DNA of 64,000 bases from Candidatus Doudnabacteria bacterium (GTDB lineage Bacteria; Patescibacteriota; Dojkabacteria; J137; JAEUSD01). The notes beneath the pieces were generated by a model. That model made no database searches and was not told where the DNA came from. It saw only the letters and a program-made list of their open reading frames with translations. This document shows positions 57,155 to 64,000 of this stretch, piece after piece (position 1 is the first letter of the stretch; each line of letters begins with the position of its first letter). The position numbers and the translations under genes were made by a program. The DNA is taken from contig JAEUSD010000001.1 in assembly GCA_016788825.1 (NCBI GenBank), positions 19,391 through 83,390 of the forward strand. Direction: 5' to 3'.

Positions 57155-59665
57155 TCATGGCAATATTTTAGTCGGTAGGGATAGTTTTGCAACTGTCTTT
57201 TCGATGTCTATCCCTTCTCCCAATACTCCTTTCCATAGGTCACCCTCTTTGTCCAGGCGGTTGCGCATCGTTTTGATAGTAAATTCGGCGGGGTCTAGGC
57301 GCGCGGTGACTTCTGACCACTTCAACGGGGTGGATACCCGCGCGCCGGCAATTGGACGAACGGAGTAGGCGCAAGCCGTTGTTTGGCCTTTGCGATTTTG
57401 CAAATAATCAATGTAGACTTTTCCTTGGCGGTCCTCAGGCTTGCGCTCAAGACTGACCAGTTTTGGCAAACGACTTTGGATTTCGACGGCTACCAATTCG
57501 GCAAAAAGCTTCACTTGCTCAAAGTTGTATTTAGCCGCAAGCGGTAGATAGATGTGCAATCCTCGTTTGCCGGATGTTTTGCAAAATGCAGGAACTTCCA
57601 GGTTTTCACAAAGTTTGTGCAATTCTTGGGCAACTTTCACCACATTACTAAAGTGTGTGCTTTCTGGGTCCAAATCAAACAGAATGTAGTCAGGTTTCTC
57701 TAGGCTTGTAACCCGTGAATTCCACGGGTTGATCTCGATACAGCCAAGGTTTGCCAAAAATAGAAGTGTCTCTTTGTTTTGGCAAAGAATATAGTCAAGT
57801 TCTCGATCATTTGATTCGGAGTAGATTTTCTCTTGTTTTACATAGTCAGGAACATCTTGAGTGTAGTCTTTGTGGTAAAAGCTTTCACCTGAGATACCGT
57901 TGGGGTGACGGTTTAGGTTTTGTGGTCGATCAACTAAGTACGGCAGCATGAGTTCTCCGACGTCGTTGTAGTATTCGAGTAAGTCACGCTTTGTATATTT
58001 ATCTTTGGGCCAGTAGATTTTCTCCAGATGCGTAAACTCTAAGTCCGGTAATTCTTTAGCCTCGGGAGGTGTCACTTTTTGTTCGGCCTGGACCTCTTTT
58101 GCATTTTTGTCTTTGCGCAGGCCGAGGAAGACTGGGTGGCGCAGGAGGTGTTCGTCAGTCCATTCTGTGAATTTCACCTGCGCCACATACTTAGGACTCA
58201 CCCACTGAGCAACAGTTTTGGAGTCGATGAGGTCTGTATTTGTGAAAGGTGGATTCTTCAATGCAGACTTATCCAAGAGCGCTTTTATCTCTTGGATGTT
58301 ATGCGAGTTAAATCCAGTTCCGACATGACCTCTAAATAGAAGTTCCCCTTTATCGTATTCGGCCAATAATAATGAACCAAAACCTTTCTGGCTTCCTTTT
58401 GGTTTTGTATAACCGCCGATCACGAATTCGCGCTCGTTTGCGATTTTGATTTTCAGCCAATCCTTTGAACGCCCAGAGGCATATTTGCTGCTTTTCTTCT
58501 TCGCGATAATCCCTTCTAACCCAAGCTTCTTTGCACTTTCGAACAAGCTCTTTCCATCTGCAAAAACTTCACTTAGCTGTATATGTTTAGAAGGTTTGAT
58601 GATTTGCTTCAAGATCTCTTGACGCTTTTCCAAACTTAGATCGCGCAAATCGAACTTGTCGAAATAGAGGATGTCAAAGATGTAGTAAATGAGTTTTTGC
58701 GGTGTACCTTTTTTGTAGTTTTGGAGCAACTGGAAGCGCGGAACGCCTTTGTTGTCTATGGCGACAACTTCTCCATCAAGTAACAGGGTTCCAGGTAGCT
58801 GCTCCAATGCTGATACGATCTGGGGAAAGTCAGGGTTGAAATCTTGATCGTTGCGCGAATAAAGCCTGACTTTCCCATCCTTTATCTGGGCCAATGCACG
58901 GTACCCGTCCCATTTGAGCTCATAAAACCATTTATCGTTAGTAAACTCATCAGATAGGCTGGCAAGCATTGGCTCCACGTTTTCAGGCAACTTTGCTTTC
59001 TCAGGTTTCCCTATCTCAATATTAGGGCTTTCCGGTTCTGAAATTGGTTCTTCTTTGGGCCAGCTGACTTTCTTGTGTTTTTTGCCTTCTGTTATCTCGT
59101 CCATTGTTCTGCCTGAGCGAACTGATAGATCTTGCTGGGGGATTACTTTGTTTGCTGCTTCGTCATCGTGCTTGATCAGTAGCCAAGAGTTGTTTTTGGA
59201 GGAGAATTTGTTCTTAATTTTTACAATGGCGAACTCTCCATGTAGCTTGTGGCCGTGAAGTCTAAATTTCAAGTGTCCGTCTTTGAGATGTCGCTTCACG
59301 GCCTGTTCCTCGTTTTCATCGGCGTGGACTATCAGGGGAGAGTAGGTTCCTTCATCCCAGATCATCACGGTGCCGGCACCGTAGTTTCCTTCTGGAATGG
59401 TGCCTTCGAAATTGTTGTACTCCATTGGGTGATCCTCCACTTCCATAGCGAGGCGTTTTTCATGTGGGTCCAGGGTGGGACCTTTGGGCACTGCCCAGCT
59501 TTTCATCACCCCTTCATTCTCTAAACGGAGGTCAAAGTGCAGGTGTGATGCTGCGTGTTTTTGGACTACGAAGCGGAGCCGCGCGGGCTTTTCAGGTTTA
59601 ACGGTACCGCGCGGCTCCGGAGTATTTTTGAAATTGCGCTTTTGATGATATTTTTTAAGAGGCAT
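57155..59665 (-). CDS. ligD: multidomain ATP-dependent DNA ligase D (PE - ligase - Pol domains) for non-homologous end joining
   Basis: 836 aa. N-terminal 3'-phosphoesterase domain (HAASHLHFDLRLE). Central ligase with the KxDG adenylation motif (ELKWDGYRA). C-terminal primase-polymerase domain (ILFDLDP...GKRGLHIYLPL). Confidence 0.9.
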   Translation of the reverse strand: MPLKKYHQKRNFKNTPEPRGTVKPEKPARLRFVVQKHAASHLHFDLRLENEGVMKSWAVPKGPTLDPHEKRLAMEVEDHPMEYNNFEGTIPEGNYGAGTVMIWDEGTYSPLIVHADENEEQAVKRHLKDGHLKFRLHGHKLHGEFAIVKIKNKFSSKNNSWLLIKHDDEAANKVIPQQDLSVRSGRTMDEITEGKKHKKVSWPKEEPISEPESPNIEIGKPEKAKLPENVEPMLASLSDEFTNDKWFYELKWDGYRALAQIKDGKVRLYSRNDQDFNPDFPQIVSALEQLPGTLLLDGEVVAIDNKGVPRFQLLQNYKKGTPQKLIYYIFDILYFDKFDLRDLSLEKRQEILKQIIKPSKHIQLSEVFADGKSLFESAKKLGLEGIIAKKKSSKYASGRSKDWLKIKIANEREFVIGGYTKPKGSQKGFGSLLLAEYDKGELLFRGHVGTGFNSHNIQEIKALLDKSALKNPPFTNTDLIDSKTVAQWVSPKYVAQVKFTEWTDEHLLRHPVFLGLRKDKNAKEVQAEQKVTPPEAKELPDLEFTHLEKIYWPKDKYTKRDLLEYYNDVGELMLPYLVDRPQNLNRHPNGISGESFYHKDYTQDVPDYVKQEKIYSESNDRELDYILCQNKETLLFLANLGCIEINPWNSRVTSLEKPDYILFDLDPESTHFSNVVKVAQELHKLCENLEVPAFCKTSGKRGLHIYLPLAAKYNFEQVKLFAELVAVEIQSRLPKLVSLERKPEDRQGKVYIDYLQNRKGQTTACAYSVRPIAGARVSTPLKWSEVTARLDPAEFTIKTMRNRLDKEGDLWKGVLGEGIDIEKTVAKLSLPTKILP

Positions 59666-60443
59666 GACTTGCTGCTTTGAATTTCGTGAGACTTTCTTGC
59701 AGTAGTTTTGTGAGGTCGTCAGCGTCGATCTTGTGGTGCTCGGCTGGCTTATTTACTTGAATTGTCTTATGCTTGGCTTTGGCCTCGATGAGCTTCTTGA
59801 GCTTGGCGATATAGTCATCTTTGTAATCAGAGATATCAAACTCTTCGGACATTTTCTTGATCAGTTCTAATGCCATGTCCAATTCTTTTTCGTTTACATC
59901 TACGTTGCCGGGTAGATCTAGTCCCTTGGCGGATCTCACTTCTTCTTCGTATCTCATCTGGTTGAGGATCAGCATGTTTCCCTTGGGGGCAATCAGGCAA
60001 AGTCTTTCTCTGTTCCGCATCACGAACTCGGCGACTCCGACTTTGCCAGACTTCTTCAGTGCTTTATTCAGCAATGCATACAGTTTCTTGGCTTTGGGGT
60101 CTGGTTCGAGATAGTAGGGAGTATCGAAATATATTGGGTCAACGTCGACTTCGTCTACAAACGATGTGATTTCTAGGTTCTGGCTTTTTTCCATGTCTAC
60201 TTTTTCGAAGTCGTCAGGTTCTAGGACGACATAGCTACCTTTTTTATGTTCATAGCCTTTGACGACGTCTTTCCAGGCGATTTCCTCGCCTGTTTTGGCG
60301 TTGATGCGTGCGTAGCGGATGGGGGCTTTATCCTTTTTGCTGAGTAGGTCTAGGTCAAGCTGAATAGCGTTTGTGGCGCTGTACAATCTGACTGGGATGT
60401 ATACAAGTCCAAATGTTACTCCTCCGGTCCAAATTGGTCGCAT
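59655..60443 (-). CDS. ku: Ku DNA end-binding protein
   Basis: 262 aa. Ku core begins MRPIWTGGVTFGLVYIPVRLYSA. An 11-bp overlap with ligD indicates an operon. Confidence 0.9.
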   Translation of the reverse strand: MRPIWTGGVTFGLVYIPVRLYSATNAIQLDLDLLSKKDKAPIRYARINAKTGEEIAWKDVVKGYEHKKGSYVVLEPDDFEKVDMEKSQNLEITSFVDEVDVDPIYFDTPYYLEPDPKAKKLYALLNKALKKSGKVGVAEFVMRNRERLCLIAPKGNMLILNQMRYEEEVRSAKGLDLPGNVDVNEKELDMALELIKKMSEEFDISDYKDDYIAKLKKLIEAKAKHKTIQVNKPAEHHKIDADDLTKLLQESLTKFKAASHAS

Positions 60444-60460
60444 GGGTTATTCTATATGAA

Positions 60461-60853
60461 TTAGCTTAACCGCTCAAGCTTTCCTTTTTTCTTCACAATA
60501 TTCTTGTAGTCCCACTGGATTTCTCTGCCTTTTTGCAGCCAGCGTTTGAGGTCGTCTGTACTAACTTCATCGATAGATGTGTAGAAAATAGATGCATCTT
60601 TGAATTTCCCGCCTTTTACATCCAAGCCAGCTTCTTCGAAGCTGGCACCGCTCCAAAACATTAGCCGAAGTCCAGCCTTCTGTTTGCTGTAACCTACGAT
60701 CGGATTCCCACCTAAAAACCACACAGGATGTTTATGCCAAACTTTACTTTCTGCTTCTGGTAGGCCTTTATCTATTTCCGCGGCCAAAAGCTCACAAATC
60801 TCTTTATCTGCTGGGGATAGCTTGTCGTTGTAGGTTGCGATGTCAGTATGCAT
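60461..60853 (-). CDS. DUF1801 (YdhG/YdeI-like) domain protein
   Basis: 130 aa. The pattern ...KVWHKHPVWFLGGNPIVGYSKQKAGLRLMFWSG... fits the DUF1801 fold. Immediately upstream of ku on the same strand. Confidence 0.55.
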   Translation of the reverse strand: MHTDIATYNDKLSPADKEICELLAAEIDKGLPEAESKVWHKHPVWFLGGNPIVGYSKQKAGLRLMFWSGASFEEAGLDVKGGKFKDASIFYTSIDEVSTDDLKRWLQKGREIQWDYKNIVKKKGKLERLS

Positions 60854-60925
60854 TTTGTTTGATTAATCGAATAATATAGTGGTCTTGTCTTTGAAAATCA
60901 AGATATATTAAGCTTGGGGTTGGCG

Positions 60926-61504
60926 TCAGCATAAGGCCTCAGCAAACAGAAGTACATTACTCATTTGATTGAACAGCCCTGCCCTCTGAGACATAGGTAT
61001 AAAGTATTCTTTGGTCTCGTAGATATAGCGTTTTTTCTTTTCTGTATCTTCAATAAACTGTACACCAATTAGGTTTGTAATCCTATCGCAGATCTTTATT
61101 TGCATTGCACCGAGAGCAAGTCGTTCATTAATTTCAATATAATCAAAGATTCTTTTGTAATAAGCTGCCACCGAACTTTCATCTTTATTATCGAAGTCGT
61201 TTGGCTTGGTACAGAGCTCCACCATAACCCTTACATTACTACCAAATCTAGTTTCAATCTTTTCCAAACTAACATTATGGTCCTCGACAATATCATGAAG
61301 TATTCCAGCTATAAGTATGTCTTGGTCTTCTACGCCCGAAACAATTAATTGTTCCAACACTGCATTTAGGTGTCCCCAATACGGGTATGGTGATAGCTCA
61401 TCTTGAACTTGGTATACAAGACTTCTTTTTTCACCCTTTGCGGATTTAGTAACTAAATCGAGGGCTTTTATTATTTCTGCAATACTTATATCCTTTGTGC
61501 TCAT
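60926..61504 (-). CDS. HD-domain hydrolase (small RelA/SpoT-like or YfbR-like HD)
   Basis: Probable start MSTKDISIAEII (ATG at 61502-61504); the ORF track's longer 61648 start would overlap the upstream gene. HD motif GILHDIVED. Confidence 0.62.
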   Translation of the reverse strand: MSTKDISIAEIIKALDLVTKSAKGEKRSLVYQVQDELSPYPYWGHLNAVLEQLIVSGVEDQDILIAGILHDIVEDHNVSLEKIETRFGSNVRVMVELCTKPNDFDNKDESSVAAYYKRIFDYIEINERLALGAMQIKICDRITNLIGVQFIEDTEKKKRYIYETKEYFIPMSQRAGLFNQMSNVLLFAEALC

Positions 61505-61505
61505 T

Positions 61506-62216
61506 CTATTTATACTCCACCACAGCCAACCAGATACAATCTGAGACTGCTTCGTACTGGTGCCAGGGGTAATTAAAGTCTTTATCGTAAAAAGTGTCGT
61601 GAGAGAATCCGGGTGCCATATAGACCCGTTGATACAGACTCTGGTCATCTTGTTCTTTAAACTTGTTCATAATTCCCAAACCATAAATTTGGGTATGGAA
61701 CTCTTTAGGGAACGGGTGAGTATTATGAATGCTGGAGGCTGTATCGCTGGGTAGGAACCAGCAATTGAACTCAAGGTTTCCAATACGCTCTACCGGAGAG
61801 CGGAGTATTTTGTATACCCATTTAGTGGGATCATTGGGATAGCGTTTCTGGTTGTTGTCCCAGTTCTCAGTGCAATATTTATTTAGGTCCGGATTAGTTC
61901 TGGCTGGGTCAAAGGCAAATGTCAAAAGAATGGCTTTGGAAATCTTGGACTCCAGTTCAAAATCTTTCAAGAGATATGACTTCGAAGGAAGTAGAGTATT
62001 GTAAGCGTCAATTATGATAGGCTCATCAGAAATATTGATAAGTAAGCCATACTGAGAAATTTCAAGCACATCCAAATCCTCAAGGAGTTCGGCATCGAAG
62101 AATTTATTAGAGAAGCTAAGTTTTGTTCGCATAGATAATAATACACTAGCTCTTTGATTTTTTACCTTCAAGTTCCAGCTTATCCGACTCATCTCTATGA
62201 ACGCCATCTGTGCCAT
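61506..62216 (-). CDS. hypothetical protein (AT-rich)
   Basis: 236 aa ORF whose TAG stop lies 2 bp from the HD-protein start. AT-rich codon usage. No motif recognised, although an H/D-rich segment (SSIHNTHPFPKEFH) might be metal-binding. Confidence 0.5.
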   Translation of the reverse strand: MAQMAFIEMSRISWNLKVKNQRASVLLSMRTKLSFSNKFFDAELLEDLDVLEISQYGLLINISDEPIIIDAYNTLLPSKSYLLKDFELESKISKAILLTFAFDPARTNPDLNKYCTENWDNNQKRYPNDPTKWVYKILRSPVERIGNLEFNCWFLPSDTASSIHNTHPFPKEFHTQIYGLGIMNKFKEQDDQSLYQRVYMAPGFSHDTFYDKDFNYPWHQYEAVSDCIWLAVVEYK

Positions 62217-62400
62217 GTAGTATTAATACATTTTTCATTCTATATTTAATAATTTCTAAGTAATTGATTTCCACATAAATCACTTCTTTTAATAGATTCA
62301 AAGTTGTTGCTACTGAACTTGTGTGCAGAAATAATATTAGCTTTGTTTCTATTAAACAGTTTTTTAAAAATCATGTTTTATACATAATATTAGATTAATA

Positions 62401-62485
62401 CGGAGAGGACAGGATTCGAACCTGCGATCCCTTGCGGAACACCCGTTTTCGAGACGGGCCCTTTCAACCACTCAGGCACCTCTCC
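62401..62485 (-). tRNA. tRNA-Ser (anticodon CGA), class II
   Basis: The reverse complement folds as GGAGAGG TG CCTGAGTGGTTGAAAGGG C CCGTC TCGAAAA? The anticodon stem-loop is CCCGT CTCGAAA ACGGG with anticodon CGA. Long variable arm, T-arm AGGTTCGAATCCT, discriminator G. Confidence 0.85.
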
Positions 62486-62564
62486 GTAGTCGATTATATC
62501 AATAAGTTCGTGAAACGCGCAGAAGTCTTGTTTAAAGTATATACATAGATATATACTAGGTTCT

Positions 62565-62915
62565 ATGGATACACAACAAACAACAACGTTACCAACTACT
62601 AATGATGTGCCTGTGGCGGCAGCGGGGGAAGCCTCGTCTGCGCAGCCTGGGACGTCCGCCGATGCCGCCACATTAGGGCGTATCAAAAGTTTAGGTGAAG
62701 TGGGGACTGCCTTGGTGGAGATGTCTAATGGCCGCAACTTCGATACAAATATTTTCTCGGCTCGAACTGCGCTTCAAGAATTCCGTGATGGGATTGCGAA
62801 GCTCAATCTTGAACCTCAACTACAAAAGGGGATGGATGATCTGATGAAAATTCTGGAAGATATGCTTGGCAAAAAGATGCAGGATACTTTCGATACACCA
62901 CAGCAGAATTTTTAA
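62565..62915 (+). CDS. small hypothetical protein between two tRNA genes
   Basis: 116 aa. GC-rich, with a Thr/Ala/Gly-rich N-terminal half and a helical C-terminal half. No motif. Confidence 0.35.
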   Translation: MDTQQTTTLPTTNDVPVAAAGEASSAQPGTSADAATLGRIKSLGEVGTALVEMSNGRNFDTNIFSARTALQEFRDGIAKLNLEPQLQKGMDDLMKILEDMLGKKMQDTFDTPQQNF

Positions 62916-62918
62916 ATT

Positions 62919-62992
62919 TGCACTCGGCAGGACTCGAACCTGCAACCTTTTCTTCCGCAAAGAAATGCTCTATCCAGTTGAGCTACGAATGC
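62919..62992 (-). tRNA. tRNA-Arg (anticodon GCG as read; unusual G34)
   Basis: The reverse complement GCATTCGTAGCTCAACTGGATAGAGCA TTTCT TTGCGGA AGAAA AGGTTGCAGGTTCGAGTCCTGCCGAGTGCA is near-identical in its acceptor/D/T arms to E. coli tRNA-Arg. The anticodon loop is TTGCGGA, giving anticodon GCG. Discriminator A. Confidence 0.75.
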
Positions 62993-63033
62993 GTGATGGT
63001 GTTGGATTATACCAAGTTTTGGCGAAATCGTGT

Positions 63034-63627
63034 TTAAGCCTTGTCTAAATCAGGCAAAAATTGGGAAATTGGCAAATACTCGCCGTATATTATCCTAGAA
63101 ACGAAGTTGTATTCAGCTTCTGCAGGGGTAGAGTACTTTAGATGTGAAATCATTAATTCAAATATTTCCTGCAGATCCTCTTTGTCGATAAGGATCGTAA
63201 TCCTGGGTTCGCGTAAATGTCTTGGGAAGTCCAAGTATAGAATGTGTTGGTTTTCTTTCTTTGCAAGCCAAAATCGGGCAATATTATCCCAGGTGTATAG
63301 GATAGAGTAAGTGTAAAAGCCTTTGTTTGTGATGCGGTGTTCGGTCTCGATAGGTGGAATAGTTCCATGGATAAACCATAGAGCTAGGAAAGCGATCATC
63401 ATTAGGATAAGCCAAGGGTAGCTCGGGTACTTAGATAAGACAACAAACAGCATCACGGCGAGCACCAGGGCCGCGGATGATAAGTACCACACCTTCGTTT
63501 TTGGTCGCCAGATCCGCGATGGTGCTCGCCAGCTGAACAGTGTTTCTAGAGTTCTCCTACTATTGCTATTCTCCGCTTCGCGGCTAGGTAACTTAGCTAA
63601 TTTAACTTTGCTGGCTTTTCCTGGCAT
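63034..63627 (-). CDS. hypothetical membrane protein
   Basis: 197 aa. Two hydrophobic helices (AALVLAVMLFVVL; WLILMMIAFLALWFI). No motif. Confidence 0.5.
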   Translation of the reverse strand: MPGKASKVKLAKLPSREAENSNSRRTLETLFSWRAPSRIWRPKTKVWYLSSAALVLAVMLFVVLSKYPSYPWLILMMIAFLALWFIHGTIPPIETEHRITNKGFYTYSILYTWDNIARFWLAKKENQHILYLDFPRHLREPRITILIDKEDLQEIFELMISHLKYSTPAEAEYNFVSRIIYGEYLPISQFLPDLDKA

Positions 63628-63705
63628 CCTTCATTCTAGTCTGTGAGGCCTTGGGGTGCAACTAGGTAGGTGATAGAATCGGGCTACGGCTATTAAAACA
63701 GGTAT

Positions 63706-64000
63706 ATGGGTCGCTTAATTTATTATGAACAGCCTCAAGTACTGTGTAAAGTATTAGATCAATTAGACCAAGCCCCAGGTTGGGAGAAAGTGTTAGAGTG
63801 GATTCAGTTGCAAACTGAAACTGACCCAATGAAAATATTCTATGAGCTTCTTGCGTGCCGTGAATTTATTAAGGATATACTTAATGCAGTGGGTGATAAT
63901 AGACTACAGGTCTTGGAAAGTATGCGTGAATGTCTGCACAGTGGGAATAGGGACCTATTATCATCTGTGGAATATACTAAGTGGTTTGTAGCCCTTAATA
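63706..64000 (+). CDS. hypothetical protein (5' partial view; continues beyond window)
   Basis: The open frame from the ATG at 63706 (MGRLIYYEQPQVL...) reaches the window end without a stop. Confidence 0.35.
   Translation, partial: MGRLIYYEQPQVLCKVLDQLDQAPGWEKVLEWIQLQTETDPMKIFYELLACREFIKDILNAVGDNRLQVLESMRECLHSGNRDLLSSVEYTKWFVALN

Noticed and set aside
60926-61648. Long start for the HD-domain gene overlapping the upstream 236-aa ORF by 143 bp
   Set aside because: The internal ATG at 61502-61504 gives a 2-bp gap after the upstream TAG stop and a sensible N-terminus. The longer form is an ORF-finder extension.
1-64000. CRISPR arrays, cas genes, diversity-generating retroelements or retrons
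   Set aside because: I found no regularly spaced direct repeats and no reverse transcriptase or Cas-like ORFs on either strand.

Overview
This 64 kb window reads as a gene-dense bacterial chromosome segment with short intergenic regions and many 4-bp start/stop overlaps. Codon usage is standard: long ORFs end in TAA/TAG/TGA, so there is no sign of UGA recoding. Several traits point, by inference only, to a small-genome monoderm lineage such as Saccharibacteria/Patescibacteria: an IF-2 lacking its N-terminal domain (522 aa), a FemAB-family gene, an HU gene, PilN/PilO-like genes and many lineage-specific hypotheticals. Core genes that can be recognised are rpoC (partial) and rpoB, infB, dnaG, a HlyD/ABC/FtsX efflux triad, serS, fpg/nei, tsaD-tsaE, hup, def, comM/yifB, dnaN-dnaA (so the replication origin is in the window), yidD, ftsK, dnaJ, a rhomboid-adk-argS operon, PspC, Ku-LigD (NHEJ) and three tRNAs (Ser-GCT, Ser-CGA, Arg-GCG). 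Things worth a second look are: (1) two paralogous ECF sigma-factor/transmembrane/large extracytoplasmic-domain fusion proteins; (2) a Ku-LigD operon extended by a DUF1801 protein, an HD hydrolase and an unknown protein in an AT-rich, tRNA-flanked segment; (3) a T-box-like motif plus a strong intrinsic terminator directly upstream of serS; (4) an internally duplicated unknown protein in an operon with a GNAT and an ALDH; (5) an unknown protein translationally coupled to tsaE-tsaD where tsaB would normally sit; (6) a zincless-finger Fpg, an orphan OmpR-type regulator with a non-phosphorylatable receiver, a perfect CACGTG-centred inverted repeat, and a tRNA-Arg with G34. I found no CRISPR array, integrase, transposase or reverse transcriptase. 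All functional calls are from reading motifs by eye; no database searches were run.
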